Positions 25,977 through 40,010 of a stretch of 64,000 bases of DNA are shown in pieces. Position 1 is the stretch's first letter; each line of letters begins with the position of its first letter. Origin of the DNA: Octopus sinensis (Eukaryota); NCBI RefSeq assembly GCF_006345805.1, contig NC_043003.1:13888001-13952000 (forward strand), given 5' to 3'. A program made the position numbers and the translations under genes. The notes under the pieces are model-generated. The model was not told the DNA's origin, ran no database searches, and saw only the letters and a program-made list of their open reading frames with translations.

Positions 25977-26005
<29 letters not shown>
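25010..26005. repeat. Tandem duplication, ~507-bp period, SINE-A tail plus unique flank
   Basis: TCTCCCCACCATCAC at 25101 and 25608. The unique sequence appears identical and the differences are in microsatellite length. Confidence 0.95.
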
Positions 26006-26008
<3 letters not shown>

Positions 26009-26894
26009 CGTATGTATATTATTAAGGTGAATATATACATATATTAAATATATTTTATTCAGACACAAGTTCATGTTTATAGCAAGTCATCAGCTGAAAG
26101 AAAAGAAGAAAAAAAAGCTGCTACAGAATTTACTGATTGTATACAATCATGCCAGCAAGGAAAAACGGATACAGAGCGAATGAATGAGAAATCTGTTATG
26201 GCTTCTTTTGTTTGTAAAAGATTTTACAGAAAGAGCTCTAATAACTGAAGTTAACATTAGAAAATGTCTTGGAAATATAATGGAAAGTCTTCTTTTTTTT
26301 TTCATTTCAACTCCTTATATCGCTTCTTGGAGTTAATTCTTGTGCTTCATTGCTTTGAAAATAAAGCAGGAAAATCTGCTACAGATTCCTGTTTTAGCCA
26401 ATGACTGAATCACAGCAATGTGTGTGTGTGTGTATAATGGAGTACTCCTTGTCAAGTAATTACTATTTCCGAGGTTCTGCTCGCTAGGAAACATGTAGCC
26501 TGGATTTGACCTACACCATTCCCTAAATTTGGACTTTTATCTGCGTACACAGCAACACCAGTTGCTAACCGTGAACTTATAAAATAACTTTTTTCAACTT
26601 ATTCAACTTCAATATGGGAAAAAATTTACAACCTTCTACATCAATAAACCACTATGGTTCCTGAAAGTAGTATGGTACCTTCCATGGACTGCTCACAGCT
26701 TACTGGATCCTTACATATAATTATATATATATATAAATATATTGGCTGTGTGGTAAGTAGCTTGCTTATGAACCACATGGTTGCGGGTTCAGTCCCACTC
26801 TGTGGCACCTTGGACAAGTGTCTTCTACTATAGCCTCAAGCCGACCAAAACCTTGTGAGTGGATTTAGTAGACGGAAACTGAAAGAAGCCTGTC

Positions 26895-26964
<70 letters not shown>

Positions 26965-27174
26965 TTGTGTGTCTGTGTTTGTCCCCCCAACATCGCTTGA
27001 TAACCAATGCTGGTGTGTTTATGTCACTGTAACTTAGCAGTTTGGCTGAGTGAACTGGAGCAACGTGAAATAAAATGTCTTGCTCAAGAACACAACACGC
27101 AGCTCGGTCCGGTATTCGAACTCACAACCTTGCGATCGTAAGTTCGACACTCTAACCACTGAGCCATGTGCCTT

Positions 27175-27208
<34 letters not shown>

Positions 27209-27229
27209 CATACGCATACACATATATAC

Positions 27230-27480
27230 ATAAGGAGTTACTGAAAAGTTTCTAGCTTTGGGTAAAAGAAAATACAGGTGGATCAGTTAATTATATGTAT
27301 GTATACACACACACACACACTTGATTTTATTCAACATATTCCCCTCTCAGATTCACACACTCATTGCAATGGTCCTTCAGTTTTTTTAAGCCCTGAAAAA
27401 GAACTTGGAAGGTTGAGCCTCTAACCAGGCCCCTTGCGATACCCTTAAAGCCAAGAACTTTTTAGCACACCCCTCCCCCG
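27230..27480 (-). mobile_element. Second copy of mariner-derived MITE, interrupted by (CA)n
   Basis: Reverse-complement similarity to 14773-14993 (TTCAACATATTCCCCTCTCAGATTCACACAC...). Confidence 0.75.
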
Positions 27481-28576
27481 TGTGTGTGTGTGTACGTGTA
27501 TATTTATAGAAAGAGTGCAATTAGCGAATGACAATTGAAACTTTTGGATAGGATACAGAAAATGAATTTTAAAAAAAATATGTAGCTGAGAGAGGGGAGA
27601 GAGGTGAGAGAAAGAGAGTTTATGTGAACATACCTGAGAGTATTTTAAGGATGAAACTGAGACCTAATTAGCACTAGAGGTGAGTGCTCTAAAAATGAGA
27701 ACTGGGTGTCTCTGTAGAATAACTTACACACAGCTGCTTAAAATGCATCAGAATAAGAGAGGTCTTAACGATATTGCTAAAAATATATATACACGTGTGT
27801 GTATATGCATGTGTGTGTGTGTGTGGTGTGTGTGTGTATACAGCTGTGTGGTAAGAAGTTTGCTTCCCAACCACATGGTTCCAGGTTCAATCCCATTGTG
27901 AAGCACCTTGGGCAAATATCTTCTATAGCCTCAGGCCAACAAAAGCCGTGTGAGTGGATTTGGCGGACAGAAATTGAAAGAAAGCTTGCTGCGTATGTGT
28001 GTGTATATATATATATATAATAATAATAATAATATAAATAATATATCATCATCATCATCATCATCATCATCGTTTAACGTCCGCTTTCCATGCTAGCATG
28101 GGTTGGATGGTTCAACTGGGGTCTGGCAAGCCTAAAGGCTGCACCAGGCCAGTCAGATCTGGCAGTGTTTCTACAGCTGGATGCCCTTCCTAACGCCAAC
28201 CACTCCGAGAGTGTAGTGGGTGATTTTATGTGCCACCGACACAGGTGCCAGATGAGGCTGGCAGACGGCCACGCTCGGATGGTGTTTTTATGTGCCACCG
28301 ACACAGGTGCCAGACGAGGCTGGCAGACGGCCACGCTCGGCTGGTGTTTTTTATGTGCATATATATATACATATATGCATACGTATATGTACATACCTAC
28401 ATCTATACATATATATAGAAGCATATGTGGGCACAGGACGTCATGAAACATGTACAACAAAAAAATACAAAGCACGAGTACGTGGAACATGAACTATTTT
28501 TTCGAACAACAAAATATAGAAATGGAAATCAAGAATGGCCCTTCATCAGTTGTTGGCTGTTTTTCCAGTCTCGTAT

Positions 28577-28957
28577 GGGAAGCACTCCATCGGTTACAAC
28601 GACGAGGGTTCTGGTTGATCCAAATCAACGGAACAGCCTGCTTGTGAAATTAACGTGTAAGTGGCTGAGCACTCCACAGACACGTGTACCCTTAACGTAG
28701 TTCTCAGGGATATTCAGCGTGACACAGAGAGTGACAAGGCCGGTCCTTTGAAATACAGGTACAACAGAAACAGGAAGAGTGAGAGAAAGTTTGTGGTGAA
28801 AGAGTACAGCAGGGATCACCACCATCCCCTGCCGGAGCTTCGTGGAGCTTTAGGTGTTTTCGCTCAATAAACACTCACAACGCCCGATCTGGGAATCGAA
28901 ACCGCGATCCTATGACCACGAGTTCGCTGCCCTAACCACTGGGCCATTGCACCTCCA
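28577..28957 (-). mobile_element. SINE family C, full-length with 11-bp TSD
   Basis: Head GGAGGTGCAATGGCCCAGTGGTTAGGG...GGTTTCGATTCCC. CAGTCTCGTAT at 28566-28576 and 28958-28968. Confidence 0.9.
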
Positions 28958-30050
28958 CAGTCTCGTATATCAAGCATATAACAACAATATATGCTTTCGA
29001 TAAAACAGTTGCTCCCACGAAGCAAATTAAAATCAAATTTGGTCTACACACATTCATATTTGCACGCGCGCACACACACATATATACTCTTTACTCTACT
29101 TGTTTCAGTCATTTCACTGTAGCCATGCGGGAGCACCGCATTTAGTCGAGCAAATCAACCCCAGGACTTATTCTTTGTAAGCCTAGTACTTATTCTAGCA
29201 GTCTCTTTTGCCAAACCACTAAGTTATTGAGACATAAACACACCAGCATCAGTTGTCAAGCGATGATGGGGGGGGGGAGACAAACACAGACATACAAACA
29301 TACACACACACACGCATATATATACGACGGGCTTCTTTCAGTTTCCGTCTACCAAATCCACTCACAAGGCTTTGGTCAGCCCAAGGCTATACTAGAAGAC
29401 ACTTATCCAAGGAGCCATGCAGTGGGACTGAACCCGGAACCATGTGGTTGGTAAACAAGCTACTTACCACACAGCCACTCCTTTCTATATAAAACCAATT
29501 TAACATAAAACTGTAGAATTACTTAATACTTTTTAGCAGAGTAAGAATTTTATTAAACTTTTACTAGAACAGAGATGAAAGTGACTTCAAAATTTTAGCT
29601 AGTATAATTCTGCACATCTTTTCTTTTACTTGCTTCTGGATATTTAAAGAACGGCATTCGTGCTGTACAAGCATCATGTCACTATAACCCGTTCATGTAC
29701 CAAACGCTGTGTATGAAATACCAACCACCCACCCACCAGTTAATCAATAAAATTCCAAATAGACATAAAACACTTGATTGTTTCCAATATTCAAATTTTC
29801 AATTTCCAATAACCAATTTTCAAAGTTACTCTTACAAATGAATTTTGTTACCAAAGAAAAAAAATCCCCATGCTAGATTTTGCTCTACCCCTTTCACACG
29901 CATACACACACACATACTTTTCCACTGTTATTTAAGTTTATACATTAGTAGCTTTATATACCTAAAACCACAAATTTTTCCAGAAGTTCAAACTCTGTGT
30001 ATTCATTAGTACAAGATATTTAACATGCAGCTGTGTGTGTGTATGTATAT

Positions 30051-30129
<79 letters not shown>

Positions 30130-30414
30130 AGTGTGTGTGTGTGTAGATATTTACATACAGATAAATACATGAAAACCCTCTCTGGTCCCGTGTCAGTTAC
30201 GACGACAAGGCTTCCAGCTGATCCGATTAATGGAACAGCCTACTAGTGAAGTTAATGTGCAAGTTGGCTGAGCACTCCACAGACACATGCACCCTTAACA
30301 TAATTCTCAGGGAGGTTCAACATAATACAGAATGTAGCAGGCCTGGCCCATTGAAATACAGGGGCTACTGATATATACCAGCAGAGAGGCCTGGAGCAAA
30401 CATATATATATATA

Positions 30415-30927
30415 CCGTAAATCCTCGAGTATAGTCCGCCCTTGAGTATAATACGCAGGGGATTTTTAGGGGGGGCTGTACCTCTGAAAAACCTAAACCT
30501 TGTGTATAATACGCACCCCTTCTCTAACTTGAGTCAAGGAAGTCTATATAACATCCTTTATTTGTAAAAATATATACGGTAACGTCCTTTATTATTATTG
30601 TATATATAACATAATGCAAACGTGTAGCTTTTTTGTGCATTTTGTTTGCAGAAAATAAAGAAATAACAGTAATAACGTTTAATAACTGTTGCTTACTGCA
30701 AGTTATGGATGATTCTTTTATGACTTCATTGCTTTCAGGCTTAGCTTAAAGTATTTTCGCGCCCGACATCACAAAATGCGTCTGAATAAACATTGCCGGA
30801 CAGCAAATAGAGGCTCGGACATTGCTTAGAAGATATTTTTCATTTTTAACCTCGTATATAGTACGCACTCGGGATTTTGACCTTTAAATTTTGGGGAAAA
30901 ATGCGGATTATACTCACGGATTTACAG
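30415..30927. mobile_element. pogo/Tc2-like MITE
   Basis: TIRs CCGTAAATCCTCGAGTATAGTCCGC and GCGGATTATACTCACGGATTTACAG (21/25 match), with subterminal repeats of the TIR motif. Inserted in TA-rich flanks. Confidence 0.75.
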
Positions 30928-30928
30928 C

Positions 30929-30963
<35 letters not shown>

Positions 30964-31276
30964 TTAATTTGAGGATGTCAGGTCCTCATTAGGGATTAAA
31001 TAATCCAAAAATTTCACTGGTTAATCACAATCATATTAGGAGAAGTCTTGTGGATATGTTAGGGATTATAGAGTAACACATATTGTTATTTTTAGATATT
31101 ATAGTATAGTAGATTATTATAGCAATGTGATATCGAGATTAAACAGCCAAATCACTAAGATGATCCGGTTCCTACTGAAGATTAGAGGCTTCGAGTGACC
31201 CGTCGTTTTTTGTGTCGTCTCCTTGTGTGTTTTTGCGTTCTTGTCCCACTTTGTAATTTATATTTATATTAATTCT

Positions 31277-31363
<87 letters not shown>

Positions 31364-32662
31364 TATATATATATATACACATATAACAATATCTATTACT
31401 ATAATAATCTACTATACTATAATATATAAAAATAATATAATATATATACTCTTTAGTATGGTATATATATGTATATATATATACCATACTAAAGAGTTTA
31501 TATCAATATTTATGTCAATTTTTTAGTGACTACCTCTCATTTTAATTCTCTCTCTCCGCTTCCTTTTTTCTCCCAATGTTTCTTTCTCATCTTTCCTTCT
31601 CACTCTATTCTCTTCCTCCTCTCCATTCCTCTTCAATTCTAACCCCTCCCCACAATGCATTCACATCTTCCCATGATTCTTCTGTCCCATACAGCCTGAT
31701 CTGCTTTGTCCCTTATGACTTCTGGCCTGCAACAGGTCACTTTGTTCTCTGTCCTCTTTTCCTCTCATTCTCTTTGTTCAAGGGTGCCATTTCATCTGCC
31801 TATTCAATGTTGTAGTAGATGGGTTTGTACAGAGTGCCAGGTTTGGCTCCCGTGCCAGCGGGAGGCAGGTAAAAAGTACCATTCGAGTGTGACCGTTGCC
31901 ATAGTTGCCTTACTGGCACATGAAAAACAACATTCGAGTGTGGTCGTTGCCAGTGCCGCCGGACTGGCTCCCATGCAAGTAACACATAAAAAAACACCTT
32001 TTGAGCGTGGTCGTTACCGGAACTGCCTGAATGGCCCTCGTGCCAGTGGCACATATAAGCATCCGCTACACTCTCTAAGCATCCACTACACTCTGTGAGC
32101 CTTCTGGCTCACCAGTCCTCAGTCAAACCGTCCAACTCATGCCAGCATGGAAAGCAGACGATAAACGACGACGACGACAATGATGGAGTAAGCTATGAAA
32201 TTTTTATATTTTCCTGATTCCCAGTAATTCAGACTGCCTCATGGTTCTGGCAGACAAAATAGAAAAAGCGTTGCCCTGGAGATCAGTGAAGGAGATGAGC
32301 TGGAACAAGTTACTCTGACTCACAGGGCTTTCACTTGCAGATAGCCATCTCTGCATGGAACCCTAACCACACCAATGCCAGTTGTCAAGTGGTGGTGGGG
32401 GACAGACACATGCGCATGCACACACACACACACACAACAGGCTTCTTTCAATTTCCACCTACCAAATCCACTCACAAGGCTTTGGTTGGACCGAGGCTAT
32501 AGCAGGGGACACTTACCCAAGGTGCCACGTAGTAGGACTGAACCTACAACCATGAGGCTGGGAAGCAAACTTCTTACCACAGAGCCACACCTGCCTTACG
32601 ATGACCTCATTTGTATCTTGTCCTGTGTATTTTACTTGGTGTATATATATATATATATATAT

Positions 32663-32828
32663 ATTATAAATTAGGGTATCTATGAGATACCACCATGCTG
32701 AAAATAGCAGCCATGATCTGACTCTAAAACCACCTTAAGTGTATATGAACACTTGAGGTGATTTTAGAGTCAGATCATGGCTGCTATTTTCAGCATGATG
32801 GTATCTCATAGATAACCTAATTTATAAT
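32663..32828. repeat. Near-perfect fold-back (~80-nt arms, ~6-nt loop)
   Basis: ATTATAAATTAGGGTATCTATGAGATACC...AAGTG tatatgaa CACTT...GGTATCTCATAGATAACCTAATTTATAAT. Confidence 0.9.
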
Positions 32829-33678
32829 TTTAATAATTATTATCTTTCGAGGTTATTTTTCCAAGCTGACCACTTGATAAGATCGTTATTTTATTTTAAA
32901 TTAATGACCTTATCCATATATATATATACACACATACACATATACATACACTCACACACACACATACATACACACAAATAATGGGCTTCTTTCAGTTTCC
33001 ATTTATCAAATCCGCTTGCAAGGATTTGACCAGCCGGAGGCTACAGTAGAAGACACCCACTCAACATCACAACAAGTCACCAACACCAGGAATCAAACTC
33101 GCAGCATTACAACCAGGAACCAAACACTCTAACCATTAATCCACGCATCTTCACTGGAAAACTTATACAACTCGACTCTAGTATACGCATTTTGGGGGGG
33201 GAGGTATTCTTCTAGGAAAAATTCATGAAGAATTTTAAAGCCAAAAGCCAAAACTACGTGTGACTATATTCCAAAAACTAATATCAGCTGTCAAACCAAG
33301 CGATATTCTAACTCGACTTTGACGTGACTTTTATAGCCTTTTCAATTGAGGCAAGTGATAAAAATAGTGAAGAGTAACATTGGCAATTGTGACATCATCC
33401 TATTGAGAGGTATTTCCTTTCTTGGCTTATCTGACAACACTGATTACATTGCTTTACAGCTGTGTTTACATCTCCAAACTGTAGACTAATGAAGCCTTGT
33501 GTGTGTCTAGGTAAGTACCAGCCATTCAGAGATACCGTAATTATACTGACTTATATATACTGCTAAATGCTTATGGTCTGGTGAATACAAGACACTAGAA
33601 GCAATCTGCGCACACGCGCGCGCATGTGTGTGTGTGTGTGTGCATGAAAACACACACATATACTTGCATACATACATA

Positions 33679-33686
<8 letters not shown>

Positions 33687-33713
<27 letters not shown>

Positions 33714-34091
33714 GAAGCTGAAGTTGTCTGTGTGTGTGGCTGGTTTGGCAGCCTTCAACTAACACTATCTCCTTTGAGACCCTGTGGTGCAAATTGACCA
33801 AAATTGAGAGTATGATAGAAGAAGGCTTGCTCTTCCTTCCGTAGAAGAAAAAATTCAAATCGGACCATGTTAGCACCAAAACTTATTTACATCAAAAAGG
33901 TGCTTTTTTTTCTCTATGAAAATCCCTATTTTTTACGATATTTTGACTGCTGTGTCGCCATTTTTCAGTGTAGTTCAGCCAGAAAAATGTTCACTTTAAG
34001 AGAATAACAAGCTACATAATGCAAAACTTTTCAAAAATTCCAATTCTAAAGGATCGAAACAAACCTGAGCAATGCCAGGCGATACTGCTAG
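33687..34091 (+). mobile_element. Non-autonomous Helitron
   Basis: 5' (TA)n start. 3' subterminal hairpin remnant CCTGAGCAATGCCAGG, then CTAG followed by T. High identity to 54594-55004. Confidence 0.75.
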
Positions 34092-34569
34092 TATATATAT
34101 ATATATAGTACAAAGTAAGATAGGGGTTATGAGGGTAACCCACTATGGGATATCAGTTATCCAATATGTCTGTGTGTGTACATATATATTCGCTTATTCT
34201 TTTACTTGTTTCAGTCATTTGACTGTGGCCATGCTGGAGCACTACCTTTATAAAAGATCATAGAATCAACTCAGTGGAACTGAACCTGAAACAAAGTGAC
34301 TGGGAAGGAAGCTTCTTAGCACAAAGCCACTACAGACATATAAAATACTATATATATATATATATATATATATATCATCATCATCATCATCATCATCGTT
34401 TAACGTCCGCTTTCCATGCTAGCATGGGTTGGACGGTTCAACTGGGGTCTGGGAAGCCAGAAGGCTGCACCAGGCCAGTCAGATTTGGAAGTGTTTCTAC
34501 AACTAGATGCCCTTCCTAATGCCAACCACTCTGTGAGTGTAGTGGGTGCTTTTTATGTGCCACCGACAC

Positions 34570-34606
<37 letters not shown>

Positions 34607-34718
34607 TAGGGGTTGTGAATCCAACCCACTAAGGGATAATATCTATCCAATATACTGCTGGTAGAATACCCAATTATTAATACACAAGTGTTTTTTATTG
34701 CATTGCAATTAATTTACC

Positions 34719-34860
34719 TAGTGTACTAAATGGGTGAAGGTAAAGACATATTTTACCATTAATTTATATTACAAATAATATATATATATATATATATATA
34801 TTATTTGCAATATAAATTAATGGTAAAATATCTCTTTACCTTCACTCATTTAGTACACTA
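34719..34860. repeat. Fold-back (~60-nt arms) around a (TA)n centre
   Basis: TAGTGTACTAAATGGGTGAAGGTAAAGA... pairs with ...TCTTTACCTTCACTCATTTAGTACACTA. Confidence 0.9.
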
Positions 34861-35744
34861 AATATATATATATACGCGCAATATATATATTATATATATA
34901 TTTATTTATTGCCCACAGGGGGTTAAACATAGAGGGGACAAACAAGGACAGATAAACGGATTAAGTCGATTACATCGACCCCAGTGCGTAACTGGTATTT
35001 TATTTATCGATCCCGAGAGGATGAAAGGCAAAGTCGATGATCATCATCATCATTGTTTAACGTGCCTTCCATGCTGGCATGGGTTTGACAGTTTGACAGG
35101 AGCCAGCCAGGTAGAAGACTATACCAAGCTGCTGTGTCTGTTCTCGCATAGTCTTTTTACGGTTGGATACCCTTCTGAACACCAACCACTCTGCAGAGTG
35201 GACCAAGTGATTTTTTACGTGGCACCAGCACATACACACATACATACATATAAATTTGTGAGTGAGTACATATGTGTGTGTTTAAAATCTATATACATCC
35301 ATTGATTGATACATTTATGCAGTCTTTTCCAGCAATGAATGATCTAAGTAATGAGATAAAAAAAATAACCTGTGTTCACTTGATACAAAAGAACATTGCA
35401 AGAGAGTACGACTGGTGTCTGTTCTGATCCCAACTGCTGTTGGTTAAGTGTAAGTTAACCAATGCATAATCTACATCAGCTGCCGTTCCTACACCGAATG
35501 GTAATTCCTATACTCTATTGTAATTCCTATAAGTGCTTGTAGTTTGGGAAACCAATACATTGAAACTAGGACAAACTGAAAACAAAATCAGCACAATCTC
35601 CTTGAAACCATAACCAAAGTTGTCTACAACTTTGGAACAACACAAAAGTTACCATCTTAATCACTTTCCAGGAAAATTTATTGGGTACAGCTGTTTCATT
35701 TCCATACTATTCCAGAAGCAAAATTATTTGGAATTTCGATTTAA

Positions 35745-35969
35745 CCCTTTTGATACAACCCACCCAAGACTGCCCAATTTTTTTTTTTTTTTAATGTAAA
35801 CTTTCTATATAAAGTGATCTAAATTAAAATTTCCCGTTAAAATTCTTTGTTAATTTTATGTTCCAATTACCAGCTTAATAATGACCAAAATGTTTTACCA
35901 AATTCTTTATTTTCAAAATTAATTGAAGCAAATACAAAATACTTCAACAGAAATAATGTAACAAAAGGG
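35745..35969. mobile_element. piggyBac-like MITE, second family
   Basis: TTAA-CCCTTTTGATAC...GTAACAAAAGGG-TTAA (11/12 TIR match). Confidence 0.65.
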
Positions 35970-36067
35970 TTAAAAAGCAAAAATTTCCTGACTTTGTCAT
36001 TAGCACCAACACATGCCAAGAGCAATCAATTATTGGAAGTATTTTGACCAAACATTATAAGTAAACA

Positions 36068-36187
36068 GCCTGTATCAAAGGCCCATCTTTTTCACATGAA
36101 CAGCTACATCTTGGCAATTCTAGTATCCAAAAGGCCGATGATCTCTCTGCCTTGGCACAACAGGGCAAAACCAAGAATAATATTTGA
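36068..36187 (+). pseudogene. Possible Helitron PIF1 helicase C-terminal relic
   Basis: ACIKGPSFSHEQLHLGNSSIQKADDLSALAQQGKTKNNI* resembles the FSHGQLYVA.SRV...GKTKNIVY motif. Downstream CATGCCAAATTTG repeats at ~36278 and ~36408. Confidence 0.4.
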
Positions 36188-36909
36188 GGCTTTGGATTAA
36201 ACAATAACCCCCAAGAAATGTTTGTGGTAATTCCTATATAAGTTGACTAGAACCTTCTCCAACTAATGAAAATCTTTCATGCCAAATTTGGTACTATGCT
36301 GTTGAAAAAAATCGGAAAGGTTGGGAGGGGACGCTAAAGTCTCCTATATGGGGAAGGGCCAAAATTTAACTCCCCCCCCCAACCTTCCCTGAGTAATGAA
36401 AAACCTTCATGCCAAATTTGTTATTATATTGCTGAAAAAAAAAATTGGAAGGCCGTATGCTTGACAATGGGTGTTGGTTTGTTTACATCCTCCATAATTT
36501 AGTGGTTCAGCAGAAGAGGATGGTAGAATAAGTACCAGGTGACCTGGCAGAAACGTTAGCACACCGGGCAAAATGTTTAGCAGTTTTTTGTCTGCCATTA
36601 CGTTCTGAGTTCAAATTCCGCCGAGGTCAACTTTGCCTTTCATCCTTTCAGGGTCAATAAATTAAGTACCAGTTACGCACTGGTGTCGGTGTAATTGACT
36701 TAATCCCTTTGTCTGTCCTTGTTTGTCCCTTCTGTGTTTAGCCCCTTGTGAGCAATAAAGAAATAAGAATAAGTACCAGGCTTTAAAATAATAGAAAAAG
36801 ACACAAGTACAGTGATCAAATCGTTTGATTAAATGCCTTCAAAAGCCTAAAACCCCTTAAACCCCCTAGTATGGCTGCAGTCCAATGACTGAAACAAATG
36901 ATAAAAGCA

Positions 36910-36945
<36 letters not shown>

Positions 36946-36974
36946 TACATATATGTATGTATATATATGTGTGT

Positions 36975-37347
36975 CGAATCGTGGCCGATACCAGCGCTGC
37001 CTCGACTGGCTTCCGTGCCGGTGGCACGTAAAAAAGCACCATCCGAATCATGGCTGAAGCCATTGCTACCTCGACTGGCTTCCGTGCCGGTGGCACGTAA
37101 AATGCACCAATCCGACCATGGCCGTTGCCAGCCTTGCCTGGCACCTGTGCGAGTGGCACGTAAAAAGCACCCACTACACTCACGGAGTGGTTGGCGTTAG
37201 GAAGGGCATCCAGCTGTAGAAACATTGCCAGATAAGACTGGAGCCTGGTGCAGCCTTCTGGCTTCCCAGATCCCTGGTCGAACCGTCCAATCCGTGCTAG
37301 CAAGGAGAACGGACGTTAAACGATGATGATGATGATGATGATGATGA

Positions 37348-37350
<3 letters not shown>
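36975..37350 (+). mobile_element. Non-autonomous RTE 3'-end-like repeat (family E) with internal ~55-65-bp tandem units and (GAT)n tail
   Basis: GGAAGGGCATCCAGCTGTAGAAAC...GGACGTTAAACGATGATGAT. Other copies 8900-9125+, 28050-28350-, 31812-32182+, 34375-34570-, 48675-48882+. Confidence 0.8.
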
Positions 37351-37383
<33 letters not shown>

Positions 37384-38160
37384 TTATATATGTATGTATA
37401 TATCTATATATGTATGTGCATGTGTATGTATATGTTTACGGCCCCCATAACTTAGAGGTTTGGCAAAAGAGACTGATAGAATAAGTACTAGGCTTACAAA
37501 GAATAAGTCCTGGGGTCGATTTGCTCGACTAAAGGTAGTGCTCAAGCATGTCCTCAGTCAAATGACTGAAACAAGTAAAAGAGTAAAAGAGCGTTATAGT
37601 AGTACAAGTAACCTTAGCCACAGAACTAAGTCAGCTGCTAATCAAATAGAAAAAAATAATGCATTTTAAGCCAAAATGTGTTATTTTATATTTCAAAATT
37701 TCACTTACAACTTGCCAATGTGACATCTTTGTTGTTTTTTTGAAGATGAAACGTTTTACAAGTTTTCAGTAAACTTTGAAATATAATAAATGTATGCACA
37801 CACACATACATGTGCAAAATAAAGGAAATGTAAATATGAATATATTGCATGTAAGTATATTTGTGTGTATATGCAGAGTGTATATCTGTACCTGCATGCA
37901 AGCGCACACACAGACACACAACAACAACAATAATAATATTAATAATAAAAATAATGGTTTCAAATTTTGCCACAGTTGTTAAACAGTGGTGGGAGACAAA
38001 CCAGACACAAACACACACACACACACACACACATAAATACAATGGGCTTCTGTCAGTTTCTGTCTACCAAATCCACTCACGAGGCTTAGGTCGGCCAGAG
38101 GCTATAATAAAAGATACTTGTTCATATATTTACTGAAATTGAATCTTTATCTTACAACTG

Positions 38161-38427
38161 GAGTTTCATGCCATTGTGATCTTCAAGCGAGAACTGTAGC
38201 AACACAGGGTACATTGAACAGGCACATTAAGAACATACCTCCTCATCAAATAGTAACTGATGAAGAGGCAGAAAAATAACAACAAATTGGCAAATGCAAA
38301 CCAATGAAGAAACAAAAACATGGGACAATATAAATGAATATAAATATGCCACAGCAATGAATATAAATATGCCACCAAAACTGAGTAGTAACAGTTCTCA
38401 CCTGAAGATCCCACTGGCATGAAACTC
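38161..38427. mobile_element. Inverted-repeat-bounded element (37-bp arms, 33/37 identical)
   Basis: GAGTTTCATGCCATTGTGATCTTCAAGCGAGAACTGT (38161-38197) versus the reverse complement of 38391-38427. Confidence 0.6.
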
Positions 38428-38501
38428 GAGTCACAAAATAGCCATAAATTCTACAGCATGTACTGACTATTCTCTCTCATTTGTTTAACAGATATCAATA
38501 C

Positions 38502-38538
<37 letters not shown>

Positions 38539-40010
38539 TGTGACAGGATTCTTGTAGTCTCCACTTCCTAAATTCACATGCAACAGGAACGGCATCCAGC
38601 AACAGGAAATCTGAATTGAATGCTATCTGACCCATGCAAACATACAAAAGCAGACATTAAAATAATGATTATATATATATACCTGCTCACAAAAATATGT
38701 GCTTACACACACACACACAACACACCACTGTTAATGATAAGGTCATTAAGTGAAAAAAAATCAACATAGAAATTTTATGATGAAAGGAGACCATCCCAAA
38801 ATAGAGTCAGATATATTATACACAGTGTTTGCCTGTGACTTCACGTTTCGCCCCACTAGACTTATTCAAACAGCCTGGCTGAGCTTTGAGGTGTAAAACT
38901 GGAAGTCACAGTGAATGACTCCAAGTTTTCTATAACTGTAAATGTGTGTGTATGTGTGTGCATGTACCCAATCTGTCTTATCTATATGCGTTTGTGTACA
39001 TACATACACATATAGACTCAGACACACATATAAAACATACTCCTCTCATATATATATATATATATAGATATATAGATCATGTAATCTATGATGATATAAC
39101 AAAAATTTTAATTCTCCTGTCTTACTCTGCTCTTATGCATGTATGTGTGTGAGTGTGTATGTATATACACTCACACACATATGTATATATCAGTTTATTT
39201 ACATATACTTACTTACAAATATATATACATACATTATATACAGGCGTAGGAGTGACTGTGTGGTAAGTAGCTTGCTTACGAACCACATGGTTCCGGGTTC
39301 AGTCCCACTGCGTGGCACCTTGGGAAAGTGTCTTCTACTATAGCCTCAGGCCGACCAAAGCCTTGTGAGCGGATTTGGTAGAGGGAAACTGAAAGAAGCC
39401 TGTCGTATATATATGTATATATGTGTGTGTGTGTGTGCCGGTCCAGGAATCGAAACCACAATCTTACAATCATGTGTCCAACACCCTAACCACTAAACTT
39501 AGTAGTTAGGGTGTCTGGCCATAGGAAATGTTACCCAGGTCGGAAACAAGCAAGGGTTGGTGACAGGAAGAGCATCTCTTGGTAGAAAATCTGCCTCACT
39601 ATGCTCCATCTTATCCATACAAGCATAAAAAAGTCAATGCTAAACAACGGATATAATGAAGATATATATGTGTGTGTGTGTGTGACTTTGTACCTGTGTT
39701 GATGCCACATTGCCCTTTGACAACCAGTGTTACTGTGTTTATGTTCCTGTAGCTTATCAGTTTGGCAAAACAGACCAAAATAGAATAAGAACTAAGCTTT
39801 AAAATAATATAAATACTGGCTCAATTCATTCAAATAAAAAATTCTTCATTGCAGCGCTCCAGAATGGTCACAGTCTAATGACTGAAACAAGTAAAAGATA
39901 TATGCATAAAAATATCAAAATCTCTCTCTCTCGCTCTCTTACACTCTCCATCTATATATATATATATACACACACATACACACACACATATATACATACA
40001 TACACATTTA

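Noticed and set aside
25990-26248. 61-codon plus-strand open frame after ttattcag, and an opposing strong minus-strand acceptor near 26094
   Set aside because: No homology, no donor, and the minus frames stop within 13 codons. Such signals arise by chance in AT-rich DNA.
30965-31230. CTAATGAGGA...TCCTCAAATT (minus strand) and CTGAAGA at ~31175
   Set aside because: The cores are too degenerate and lack GAAA or helix I.
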